A stretch of 63,807 nt of DNA, the filler included, from Chiloscyllium plagiosum (taxonomy: Eukaryota), in NCBI RefSeq assembly GCF_004010195.1. It is 9 parts of one record of this genome, joined end to end, with 100 filler letters (N's around TTAATTAATTAA, not from the genome) between each part and the next. Parts side by side here need not be neighbours in the genome. Positions count along the whole stretch, not along the records: positions 15,094 to 28,460 come from NC_057710.1; positions 28,561 to 41,935 come from NC_057710.1; 7 more parts are not named here. The stretch is one strand, 5' to 3'. The translations under genes were made by a program, and so were the position numbers. The notes beneath the pieces are model-generated. The model searched no databases and had not been told where the DNA came from. It saw only the letters and a program-made list of their open reading frames with translations. Numbering within the stretch: the stretch's first letter is position 1; every line of letters begins with the position of its first letter. Below, one piece after another: positions 26,576 to 37,756 of the stretch.

Positions 26576-27269
26576 GTTTGAGGGATGAAAGGGCTGCTGT
26601 ATGAGGGCCAGTTAAATAGGCTGGGCTTGTAATCACTGGAGTTCAGAAGAATAGGGGAATCTGATTAACGTATAAACACCAAAGGGGACTGAAAAGGTAG
26701 ACGTTGAGTAGATGTTCCCCTATTTGGGGCAATCTCTTTGAACAAGAGGTCATAGATATAGAGTGAGAGCAGGTAGGGTCAAAACTGAGATGAGGAGAAA
26801 CGACTTGCCTCAGAGGGTTGGGAATCTGTGGAACTCACTGCCCCAGAGTGCAGTGGAAGCAGAATCAACAAAATAGGTTCACGGAAGAAATAGATAGGTT
26901 TCTGATGAAAATCAGAATAAAGGGCAATGGGGAGCTGGCAGGAGAAGGGAGCTGAGACCAGCAGAAGATCAGCCATGATCATGTTCAATGGCAGAACAGG
27001 CTGGAAGGATTGGGAGCAGGCAATTCAACCTAATTCCAATGTTCCTAACCTGTGTGCAATCTTTCAAATTGGATTCAATCATTTCCAAAACATGTACAGA
27101 ACTTACCAAATTCCAGCACGTGCTTCATAGACAATGAGGGGTGGGCAATCTGTTACATGGCAATGAGCAAATCACAAGAGAAAAGGAAAGCCAAGACAGT
27201 TATTATCAATAAAGGAAAGCTGGGTTCTCCAGTGTACAGCCAGCTCAAAGTGATTTCTTCTTCATTTAG

Positions 27270-27339
27270 AGCAGACATTGAACTCTCCACAAGACTACAA
27301 GATCCACTTCCAAACACAACAGTCTGACAGTCTGACCAG
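27270..27339 (+). CDS. Candidate cytoplasmic/stop-containing exon, (R)ADIELSTRLQDPLPNTTV*
   Basis: ttcttcttcatttag acceptor and strong CAG|gtgagt donor in non-repetitive DNA. Confidence 0.4.
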
Positions 27340-27704
27340 GTGAGTAACAGAATTTCTCATGGACAATGACAATACCTTCCAAACACAAGGTATCAAAGAC
27401 AAATGGTCAGGGATGATGTGTTGGTGTTCGCCATATACGGCAGCGTGGCAGTGAAAAGAAGCTCAGGTTCTGCCTCCAATTGTTTGAGCCTTTGACCCCA
27501 GTGTACTTCCCTTGGGCAGTGAAATGTCCGCACAGAAGGAGAAAGAGAGCATCTGTACAGGACTTTATTACCTCGAAATATCCAACCAATCACACACCAT
27601 CATCACATGGGAATTTATCCAAATTCTCCAATCAGTGCCACAGGCTGATTTTCTACACCAGCCTGGTTGGCATGCACTCATTCTGACATCTTACACTATT
27701 TGGC

Positions 27705-28460
27705 AGTAAGGTCACATGCTGGGTAATACAAGATGGAGGACAGGAAACGTTTCTGGCTGTACCAGCTGCTCCTTTATTGAGGTATTTTAGGTGTTGGAGG
27801 TGATTTCCTCGAATTCCAGGAGCAGCAATTACTGTTTTATATGCTGTTGCATTGTTTTGGAACTTTAGGGAAAAAAAAGTCAAAACAACAGCAGTTTTAA
27901 AAGGGAGAAGAGCAGAGGAAGGAAGCACATGGTGAGGTCAGTGCAGGAGACAGAGAGAGAGAAAACGAGAACAAACCTGCACAGTTACTGCCTTTGCTGT
28001 TTGAATTTGTGTATCGCTGGACATCGGAGTGCATCTGGGAAATTTAATAAACAGTGAATTTCACAACTAATCTGGGGGCGAAGTTCACAACACAGACTCA
28101 GAGAAGTTAATTGTTGTTTTTAGTCTGTCCAAGAGAAAGGCTGTGTTCGTGAGTACAGTGGGTTCTTTCTTGATTATATGTTTTTGGAGATAAGTCTCTT
28201 TATTAAACTTAAAATATAAGCCATAGCTCTTAATTTAACCTGGGGCAGTGTTTTGTTGAGGAATAAGACGGTGTTATTTTCTGGGTTTGTAGATTGTGAA
28301 GGAGCAAAAATGGCCTTTGCAGTGATATGTACTTCTTGTCAGATGTGGGAGTTTAAAGAGAGTTTAAGGTTTACTGTGGATTATATCTGCCATAAATGCT
28401 GTTGGATGCGAATCTTATCAGATCGAATGGATCGGTTGGTGAGACAGATAGAAGCGATGA
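27705..28460 (+). mobile_element. CR1 5' UTR and ORF1 N-terminal zinc finger (cut by gap)
   Basis: MAFAVICTSCQMWE...YICHKC..MRILSDRMDRL: CxxC...CxxC then coiled coil; related peptide at 46734-46860. Confidence 0.7.
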
Positions 28461-28561
28461 NNNNNNNNNNNNNNNNNNNNNNNNNNNNNNNNNNNNNNNN
28501 NNNNTTAATTAATTAANNNNNNNNNNNNNNNNNNNNNNNNNNNNNNNNNNNNNNNNNNNNT

Positions 28562-28897
28562 GGGCGGCACGGTAGCACAGTGGTTAGCACTGCTGCTTCA
28601 CAGCGCCAGAGACCCGGGTTCAATTCCCGCCTCAGGCGACTCTCTGTGTGGAGTTTGCACATTCTCCCCTTGTCTGCGTGGGTTTCCTCCGGGTGCTCCG
28701 GTTTCCTCCCACAATCCAAAAAATGTGCAGGTTAGGTGAATTGGCCATGCTAAATTGCCCGTAGTGTTAGGTGAAGGGGTAAATGTAAGAGAATGGGTCT
28801 GGGTGGGTTACGCTTCGGCGGGTCGGTGTGGACTTGCTGGGCCGAAGGGCCTGTTTCCACACTGTAAGTAATCTAATCTAATCTAATCTAATCTAAT
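28562..28897 (+). mobile_element. Full-length HE1-type tRNA-derived shark SINE
   Basis: A box TAGCACAGTGG, B box GGTTCAATTCC, CR1-like GGGCCGAAGGGCCTGTTTCC 3' end, (TAATC)n tail. Confidence 0.9.
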
Positions 28898-29111
28898 CCC
28901 AATGACATGAACATGTAATAAATAAACTATTTTAGAATTTATAACAAAGGTCATTAATAGGGCAAACTAAACTTTTACCAACTTTGTGAAAACAGCTTGT
29001 TATTTGAAATGTGCTCCCCACAGTGCAAGGGAGCAGTGAGAGAATAGAGAAAGAAATGCAAAGACAGTGCATTCTCTTCCAAACATTAAAAACCTTTTCT
29101 TCTCCCCACAG

Positions 29112-29157
29112 ATTCAGGCGTCTGTCAGCCAACGATAATAATCTTATGACTGTATGA
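29112..29157 (+). other. Candidate terminal exon start of the TM1 gene, (R)FRRLSANDNNLMTV* if read in phase 2
   Basis: Strong acceptor ccttttcttctccccacag followed by non-repetitive sequence; coding status uncertain. Confidence 0.3.
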
Positions 29158-29739
29158 TTCCATTATACGTATCCATCTGTGATCGGTGTATGATCCTGGG
29201 ATGAGAAACTGGATATTTGTGGGGAATGGTACAGATTGGAAACAGCAGACTTAGCACATTACTTGTGAACCTGACTGAAGAACTAAATCTGGTGATGGAG
29301 CAAGAAATCATAGCGAGGACAACAGACTCCCCCCAAGAGAGTTGATGTGATCCAATGAGTAGTTCTTTCACTTGGTTGATGAAACATGGTGCTGTTGAGA
29401 AAGTGAACTCCTCACATTCACTAGCTTCCATTTCTTTCTCCACAGGAAATCCTGATACAATTTAGGGCTGTTTCTCTTTTCTTTCAGGCCTCAGGAAAGT
29501 TAAATCAAGCTGAGTGTTACTGCACAAAAAGGGTGACTAATTAAACTGATTAAACTAAATAAGTAAACTGGTGAAATCTGGTTCTTGTCGAAGGGAAAGT
29601 CTACTGTATAAAAGCAAGTCTAGAGCACTCCCAGCACAGATTGTGAGCAACAGAGGACAAAAACACGGGAGTATTGAAATGAACTGAATTTATTGTCATG
29701 TGTACCAAGACACGGTGAAAAGCTTTGTTCTGGACATGT

Positions 29740-29804
29740 CTTATCGTGCCCATTTGCCACCAGGTGGTGGGGATCCCCAATGGAGGGCTCTCTATGTAGG
29801 AGTC
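29740..29804 (+). mobile_element. Tx1/L1 LINE ORF2 fragment (left flank of ERV)
   Basis: Encodes YRAHLPPGGGDPQWRALYVGV, the segment preceding the zf-RVT finger. Confidence 0.6.
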
Positions 29805-30301
29805 TGTTAGAAACAAACTTAACAAAATTAGCCAAGACCACCAAAACTGGAAATAAGACAATTTATTTTATGATCTTGCAAGAAAGGGTATCAAATGCTA
29901 AAGCAAATGAGCAATGAGCATTGAAGCAAGTATACAGTTATACCTTTGAGCTGCGTGAGGTCACCTCTCCCGACTCCTACATTACCCAATCACCCTAGTT
30001 CTCTGCCTGACTTGTGACCTGACTGCCCCTACGTGACTTCTCCTTATCTTGATTAGATTCTCCTTCTATCTCCTTGGGCCGTTAGCTGCAACCGTTTTGT
30101 AACTATATTAACACTTGCTGTGCTAGTGTTTCCTATTGTTCTGCTTTGCTGCCTGCACAAACTTGTTTTCCCAGAAGTTTGCTAATCTGATCTTTGCCTG
30201 CAGCTGCCCTCTTTCCCTGTTTGTCAGCGCGATGCTTAAGCTTATGATCACTACCCTTTTTGCTACATTTGCGAAAACAACACCCTTCCCCATTTCTCTC
30301 A
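29805..30301 (-). repeat. ERV 3' LTR (497 bp)
   Basis: Minus strand TGAGAGAAA...TTTCTAACA (imperfect terminal IR); AATAAA at 29862-29867; direct repeat of 37757-38241. Confidence 0.95.
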
Positions 30302-30325
30302 ACTCCCTCATTTCTTTTCTTTTCC
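30302..30325 (-). promoter_or_regulatory. Polypurine tract
   Basis: GGAAAAGAAAAGAAATGAGGGAGT immediately before the 3' LTR TG. Confidence 0.85.
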
Positions 30326-30362
30326 AACTTGTTGTTTTTGCACTTTCTGCCTCTTTACACCC

Positions 30363-31125
30363 TTAGGTGCGAAGTTCATCCCCAATTTCTCTTATATCTT
30401 TTATCTTTTTCCTTATTATCTCTGCCTTTTCTTCCACTGTGGAAGAGGTGTCTGGGATGAAAGTGCAGCATTCTTTCCCGATTAAAGCACAGGTTCCCCC
30501 ATTTTCGGCCAAGATATAGTCTAAAGCTATTCGATTCTGTAAAGCTGTTAGTCTCGTGGCCACCATTTCGGTGGTTATGGCCACTGTTTGGGACTCAGTT
30601 TCTCGAAATGAGTCAGCGGTATCATTAACCAATTTTTCAAGGGCTTGCCACCAGTTTCTGTATTTCTCTCCCCGCCCTTGCAGTGCCATAATTTGGGAAT
30701 AATGTCCACCAGAAACGGTCCCATTCAGAGACCTCTTGGATTTTACGGCTTATTCCCTTTTCCTTTTTCAGGGTGGGGGACAATATAAGCGGGGTAACAG
30801 CAGCCACTCCAGCTTTTTTGTTTCTGTGGTAATGTCTGAGTTTTTACTGGATTGTCCCAACATTTACTGTCGGTGCAACCGCCACTCCATACGTACTTCT
30901 CACCCAGCATATAGGGATATGCCTTGGACCCGCATATCCAATAGGTCCTGTTTAATAATGGGGGAATATTGGTGGCCTTGGCTTGGTTAGTGTAGACGCA
31001 AGATGATTTTCCTAATTGGAAGGGGGCAGTATCATTCTGATTACAGAAACAAGTGGCGTTTGCTGTTCCTGTTGGCAGATGAACACTAAGTCCATTAATA
31101 GGACCCAGGGTTTTAGGGGCGGGTT
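30363..31125 (-). pseudogene. env: ERV env (C-terminal SU and TM ectodomain), frameshifted, no membrane anchor
   Basis: YWICG..AY, WSGCCYPAYIVP; fusion-peptide-like WDRFWWTLFPNYG; heptad; ISD LQNRIALDYILAENGG; CALIGKECC (CX6CC). Confidence 0.92.
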
Positions 31126-31428
31126 GAATTAGATTACTTACAGTGTGGAAACAGGCCCTTCGGCCCAACAAGTCCACACCGACCCGCCGAAGCGCAACCC
31201 ACCCATACTCCTACATTTACCCCTTACCTAACACTACGGGCAATTTAGCATGGTCAATTCACCTGACCTGCACATTTTTGGATTGTGGGAGGAAACCGGA
31301 GCACCCGGAGGAAACCCACGCAGACACGGGGAGAATGTGCAAACTCCACACAGAGAGTCGCCTGAGGCGGGAATTGAACCCGGGTCTCTGGCGCTGTGAG
31401 GCAGCAGTGCTAACCACCGTGCCACCCT
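31125..31428 (-). mobile_element. Young HE1-type SINE inside the provirus
   Basis: Highly similar reverse complement of 28562-28880. Confidence 0.9.
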
Positions 31429-34250
31429 TGAAATGTGCTGCTCTGGTCAAAGGAGAAAAATGAGAAGTGAGGTGGCAAGGTTGGAGCAGTAGATTGGTGG
31501 AGTGCATTGCAGATTCTGGATAGTTATGCAGAGTGTAAGAAAGCTGTGATTCAGCATCCTATCACTGCAGCTACAGTCCCATCATTTACATTTGTCCCAA
31601 TGCTGACAAGCCTGTGGGGGCAGGCTGCTGGTATTCACATGTTTCAAAGCACACACAAATTCATTTGGTTCACAGACTTAGCTCAGACTTCTGATCACAG
31701 TTCTTTGTTTTTACAAAGGACAATCTTTGAAGATCTTATGTTCAAACAATTAACAATGATATGGTATGTTCCGGACTGATGACTTGGCAAACTGAGTGTT
31801 TGCTTGTGGAATTTTTAATGTAAAGTGCAATTTGCACTTAACTTGTTTCATTGACTAAACATTGTGGATTTCAAAGGATTGCCATAATGCTATTAATTGC
31901 CTTCATCAAAAAGGATTGGCATGTTTTCACTGAATGATGGGCATGGTATGCAGTCAGTAGCCGACATGTTAACCGCTCTGTCTAAATACAATGATTCACA
32001 ATGAAATCAGGAATAAAAGACAGATTACATTTGTACAATTGTACACCAGTCTGTGAGTTCTAAATTGACTTTTCTAATAACTTAAATTACTTTTGAAAGT
32101 CTGTCATTGTGTTCCTAAGAACAGATAATGTGGAGCCAAGTGCCACAATATAGTTTTTCAAAAACTTGTCATTAAACTCGACCATGGGTAGCTCTCCCTT
32201 CCCTCCCAGGAATGGCAGCCCGAACATCATTTCATAAGGAGGAAGTCTGATATCATGCCTAGGGGCCGTCCGAATGCGTAATAGTGCAATAGGTAAGCAT
32301 TTAGTCCGTGGTAATCGAGTCTCTAAGACTAACTTTGATAATTGCTTCTTTAAGGTTTGATTCATTCTTTCCACCTGTCCAGAGGAGGGTGGGTGCCAAG
32401 GAGTATGGAATTCCCAGGAAATTTCTAATCCTGCTATTACCCCTTTGTAAGATCTTAGAAGTAAAATGGGAACCTTGCTCTGAGTCTATAACTTTCCACT
32501 ATTCCATATCGTGGGATGATATGTTCGAGGAGGGTTTTCACCACTCCTTTTGGGGTAGCTGAAGACATTGGGAAAGCTTCCACCCACCTGGTTAAGTGGT
32601 CTACTATGACTAATAAGTACTTTTGTTTCCCTACCATGGGTAATTCTGTATAGTCGACCTGTATGCTCTGAAAAGGTCTTACCCCGGGATTCCTTCCACC
32701 TTTTTGCCCTCCTCTTGTTATCTTTTTATTAATCTTTTGGCAAATTGGGCATCCTGAGCATACCTGCTTGGCTAATGTGCATATCCCTTTACATCCGTAC
32801 TTCCTTAACACTGTCACACATAGCTCGAGAGCCCCAATGACTGCCTTGGTGCAGGGTATTTGGAATGTTTCTCATGACTGGTTTACTCAACATTCCCCTC
32901 CCATCCGGGAGATTCCATCTTTCCTTCACTTGTCTTAGTGGCTCCTACCTCCTGGAATTCTTTTTCCTCTTTCTTTGTGTCCACAGGGTTCCTGGAACGA
33001 GACGCCACTAGGGGTGTGAGAACCTGTATTTTTGTTACTGTAAGGTTCATAGCTGCCTCTTTGGCTGCTTCGTCTGCTGGCCTATTCCCTCTTGCTTCTA
33101 GAGTGTTCCTCTTTTGGTGCCCCAGTACATGAACTATTGCAGTTTCTCGTGGTAATTCCAAACTTTTCAACACTTGTCCTATTAACTCTTCGTATACTAA
33201 TTCCTTTCCCCGGCTATTGATTAGTCCACGTTCTTGCCATATTTTTCCGAAGGTATGGACCACCCCATAGGCATAGTTAGAGTCGGTGTAAATTGTCCCA
33301 TCCTGATTTTCTATTTGTTTTAAAGCTTGGTTTAATGCATACAACTTACAAGTTTGGGCCGACCATGTGTTAGGCAACCGGTCAGCCTCAACTGTTCGGT
33401 TCTTGGTACCATCCACTACTGCATATCTGTTGTGTCTTTTTCCTTGTACTACTCTTGATGACCCGTCTATAAACAGTCTGTCCCCATCATGCAAGGGAAT
33501 ATCTTTTAGATCTGGTCTAACCTTAGTCTGATACTCAATGATATCTAAACGGTCATGTTCTAATTCTCGTTTGTCCAGAGGTTCTCCCTTCCATGGGAAG
33601 GTAGCTGGGTTTAGACAGGTGTCTGTTGCTAACACAAGGTCATCTCTCTCCATCAGGATGGCTTCGTATTTCAAGATTCGTGAGTCTGTCAACCATCTCC
33701 CTGCCTTTTGGTTTAGCACAGTTCTGCCTTGATGGGGAGTACTAACGACTAGCGCCCCTCCAAAAGGAAGTTTACGGCTCTCCTTTACCAGTATGGTAGT
33801 GACTGCTACTGTCTGTATACATTCAGGCCATCCTCTCGAGACAGGGCCCAAGATCTTGGACAGGAAGGCTATGGGCTGCCTCCTCCCCCCTCCCTTCTGG
33901 GTTCACACTCCTAAGGCTGCTCCATCATTTACTGTCACAAAAAGGTGAAATGGTTTCTCGTGGGAGGGAAGGGCCAACACCGGAGCTTGTATTAAACTAC
34001 GCTTTAACTCATGTAACCCTTCCTTTTCCTCTTCTGTCCAGTGTAGTCTTTCATGTTCAGATTCTATCAATTTATAATATAACCCCTTTGTTTTCTGGGC
34101 ATATGCTTCTATCTATAATCTACAATAGCCCACTAGCCCCAAGAACTTCCGTAATTCTCGTTTGGTGGTCAGGAGGGGGTAGTTCTACTATCCCTTTAAT
34201 TCTCTCGGGGTTAATTCGCCTAGTACCCTCACTAACAAGGTGCCCTAAAT

Positions 34251-34286
34251 ATTCCTGAAGAAGGGCCTGTGCCCGAAACGTCGAAT
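34251..34286 (+). ncRNA. Minimal type I hammerhead ribozyme motif in a Penelope terminus inserted in pol
   Basis: ATTC-CTGAAGA-A-GGGC CTGT GCCC-GAAAC-GTC-GAAT; insert 34254-34342 flanked by TSD GCCCTAAATATT (34242-34253, 34343-34354). Confidence 0.75.
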
Positions 34287-35034
34287 CTCCTGTTCCCTGG
34301 ATGCTGCCTGACCTGCTGTGCTGTTCCAGCAATAAAGTTTCAGCCCTAAATATTTCACTTCTTTCTCTACATATTGCAATTTATTCCTAGATACTCTTGA
34401 ATCTTGTTGCCCTAGGAAATTTAACAGCCTATTGGTGGCCAAGCTCACGTCGTCTCTCTTTCGTCCTGACACAAGTAGGTCGTCCACATATTGTAATAGT
34501 GACGTCCTTTTAGACATCTCAAGTTGTCCCAGGACCTGTCCCAGTACTTGCCCCGAATAGATTAGGTGATTCTGTGAATCCCTGGGGAAGTACCATCCAT
34601 CTGAATTGTTGCTTTCTACCAGTGTATGGGTTTTCCCACTCAAAGGCAAACATGTCACGGCTTTCTGGAGCCAGAGGGCAGGCCCAGAATGCATCCTTTA
34701 AATCTATTACACTAAACCAGCGGTGGTCACACGGTATCTTGCCTAGCAAAGCGTACGGATTGGGGACTACCGGGTGTCGTGTTCGAACCAATCAGTTCAT
34801 TGCTCTGAGATCCTGCACTAATTGATAAGTTCCGTCTGGTTTGCAGACAGGCAGTATCGGGGTATTAAAGGGTGACATACAGGGTTCTAACAATCCGGTT
34901 TTTAACAAAGACTATATAACTGGTTGCAGACCTTTATGACCTTCCAGTGATATGGGGTATTGTCTAACCCGAACTGTCTTATTCTCCTGAATCAACGTAA
35001 TTACCATCGGAGTAATAGTTAGATGCCCTGTATT

Positions 35035-35206
35035 GAAAATGTGTTGCTGGAAAAGCGCAGCAGGTCAGGCAGCATCCAAGGAGCAGGAGAATCGATGTTT
35101 CGGGCATGAGCCCTTCTTCAGGAAAATATGCTGCCTGACCTGCTGCGCTTTTCCACCAACACATTTTCACTTCTGATCTCCAGCATCTGCAGTCCTCACT
35201 TTCTCC
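35035..35206. mobile_element. Penelope terminal fold-back fragment inserted in pol
   Basis: 15-bp TSD TAGATGCCCTGTATT (35020-35034, 35207-35221); inverted arms. Confidence 0.8.
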
Positions 35207-35574
35207 TAGATGCCCTGTATTACCCGGTCTTGCCCATACATCAGGGCTGATTTGGTTTTTGTCGCTAGGTGTTAACATGGCCATCTTTACGGTCACTGCA
35301 CTATTTTCCACCCCAATTTTTAAGCCTAACAAGATAATCAAATCCCTACCTAATAGATTACTTCCAATGTCGGGAATATACAATAATTGTCCTGTCACTT
35401 CCTCATTACTTACTCTAATTAGCGTTGGCTCAAAAATAGGCATTAAGAATCCTTTGCCTTTTACTCCAGAAACCCTGAGATTCTTATTGGTCAATTTAAC
35501 GCCGGTAGGTCTAAAACTTCGGGATGACCGTGCCGCTCCCGTGTCCACCAAAACACTGCCTCCTCCCCTTCAGG

Positions 35575-35640
35575 ACCCACCTTTAGATTTATCAAGGGTT
35601 CCCGGTGGGTTTCAGGAGGAAGGAACCCCTGACTCCCCTA
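35575..35640 (-). promoter_or_regulatory. gag amber stop and readthrough pseudoknot
   Basis: TAG-GGGAGTCA-GGGGTTCC...ACCCACC-GGGAACCC...GGTGGGT; protease DTGA is in frame with gag. Confidence 0.8.
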
Positions 35641-37170
35641 TTCCTCATCAAATGTCATTAGGGAAACAATTTCCCTTTCCCGCGTTAGTCCAGGGCATTC
35701 TCGTTTAAAATGCCCCACTTTTCCACAACGATAACATCCCGCCTGTTGCCTCCTTCCCTGGATGTCTGACTTTTGTCTTTCATGTCCTCCTCTATCCTTA
35801 TCCTTTCTATTATCTCCCGATCCTAATCTCCTCTTTGTTATTTCATCTACTGCCGCCACCATCACTTTACCTTTCTGCTTCTGCTTCTCGTCCTTTCTCT
35901 TCACATACACTTTCTGTGCCTCATGTAACAACTCTTCCATCTGTTTTTCACTCCATCCATCTATTTTCTGCAATTTCTTTTGTATGTCCGGCCATGACTT
36001 TGTCACAAACTGGACCTTCAAAAGTCCTTGCACCATCGGGTCATCAGGATTCATTCCCGAATATTTCCTTGTGGCTTCTTTGAGCCTTTGAAGAAACGCT
36101 GAAGGGGCCTTGTCTTTCTCCTGCCTCACTTCAAAAACCTTAAAGTTTTGTGATCTTGGTGCTGCTTTCTTAATTCCCAAGATCACCACTTCCCGAAAGT
36201 CTCTCATGCTTCCCCTATCATGTCCATTCATGCCCTCCCATCGGGGATCTGTATTAGGGAATTTTTGTTCAGCCGGAGTTACTTCTTCACCCAGAGGGTA
36301 TCTCTTTTTCCCATTCCCTCAGAGCGGCCCTTCTGATCATACCCCTTTCTTCTCCTGAGAATAACGTCCCCAAAATTGCCATCATTTCCTCCCAGGTATA
36401 CCAATTTGGCCCCCAAAACTGGTCTAACTGCTCCCCCAATCCCACGGGATCCTCAATTAGATTTTTCATTTCCTTTTTAAAGGCCCTGACCTCCCCACTG
36501 GTCAGCGGCGCATTAACATATCCAATTTCAGTGTCTCCAATGGGGACCTCTCTGAGAGGCTATGCCTGTGTCGCCCGGCCTTGTTCCCTTTCTTCTCTCC
36601 TTCCTGCTGATCGTGTCTTACCCTGACTCTCAGTGGAGTCCTCTTCTGGGCTTTTTCAGATTCCTCTTGCGGGGGTTCCTCTGCTGAGGGTGCAGAGGGC
36701 TGGGACGGCGGTCGGCCGTCGCCGGGGGATGGCGGACCGTCATTTCTATTGTAATAAGGGGAGGTAAATTTGACAAAGGGTCCCAACAGGGAGTTTTAGG
36801 TTTTTCATCCTTTTCCTCCCTTTCTTTCTTTTTTAAGACGAACATATTTTGGCTCCCTATCCAACAGCTGCATAATCAGCCTCTTGTCGGCTTTGTTTCT
36901 CTTTGCTATTAACATATATATTTAAGTCTTGGCACAGCCAATCTTCATCGGACCCATATTTGGGCCAAAAGATATCAGGTTTCTTAATACTTTCTTGTGT
37001 CCAGACAAAACAACAATACCTTATCATTATAACTTTATCCTCCCCCGCGTCCGGGAATTGTGTTCCCAATTTCCCAACATTTTCCCCAAGGGACTGTCGG
37101 ACTGAATTTCTTCAAGTTTAACATTATCTGTAGATCGATCTTTATAGAGACAACTTCCCTTGCCTCTCAT
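35638..37170 (-). pseudogene. gag: ERV gag (MA, CA, NC), frameshifted; start approximate
   Basis: SDSPLGKML, MIRYCCFVWT..IFWPKYGS; DP.G...QLDQF.GP..YTW; VRQEKDKAPSAFLQRL; FVTKSWPDIQKKLQK; single CYRCGKVGHFKREC knuckle. Confidence 0.93.
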
Positions 37171-37734
37171 TTTTTAAAATTTAATTGATCTTTTCGAGGT
37201 CTGGTGTCACCTTCTTCCACATCCACTTCAGGTTCCTGACCTTCGCGTGGGGGATTTCCCTTCTTAACAACCGGTCGAAGGCTGGCTGCTAGAAACAGGT
37301 TGACACCCTTTCCCGTCCGATCAATCTGGCCAATTACATGTTATTTTTAGACATCACCAATTCCCCGTTCTTCTCGTATGTTCCCGACCACCAAGGCAGT
37401 ACTTAAAGGTCCTTTTCTTACCTTGGTCTGTGCACAGAGTTATCTGGTCGTGTCAATTCGGCCATTACCCGCGCCGACAATTCCCACAACAACTACTGTT
37501 GCAAATCCCCGGTCGCCCGGATATATCTCAAGAGACCTTTCCTTACCCGGGTCTTGTGCACAAGAGTTCCCCGACCGAACCCGCCGCATCTTCCCGTCTT
37601 GTTTCCAGGGTCTTTCCGTCCAGATCACGCTCGCCCAAAGCCGCCACGGCAACAAGGGGAAACTAGAGATCGCTGAAATCAGCGAGGTGCACCTTCTCCG
37701 TTTCTCCAAGAATGCCGAGCAACCGGAGCTTGGG

Positions 37735-37752
37735 ATCCCGGACGAGCCCCCA
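37735..37752 (-). promoter_or_regulatory. Primer binding site, tRNA-Pro
   Basis: TGGGGGCTCGTCCGGGAT, identical to the MLV-type PBS-Pro, 4 nt from the 5' LTR end. Confidence 0.95.
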
Positions 37753-37756
37753 AATC

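Larger units (their letters stand above)
32115..35637 (-). pseudogene. pol: ERV pro-pol (PR, RT, RNase H, IN), frameshifted, with two Penelope-terminus insertions; IN C-terminus missing
   Basis: LVDTGA; PVVPNPY, FSVIDLKDAFW, LPQGFTESP, QYVDDLL; LFIDGSS, IYTDS.YA; CSGCPIC, IQVDYTE, VDHLTRWVEAFP, ERMNQTLK. Confidence 0.95.

Noticed and set aside
28562..28640. tRNA-like sequence with A and B boxes
   Set aside because: It is the head of a SINE, continuing into the SINE body and tail.
35259..36358. Plus-strand ORFs antisense to gag/pro as accessory genes
   Set aside because: Low-complexity shadow frames with no motifs.
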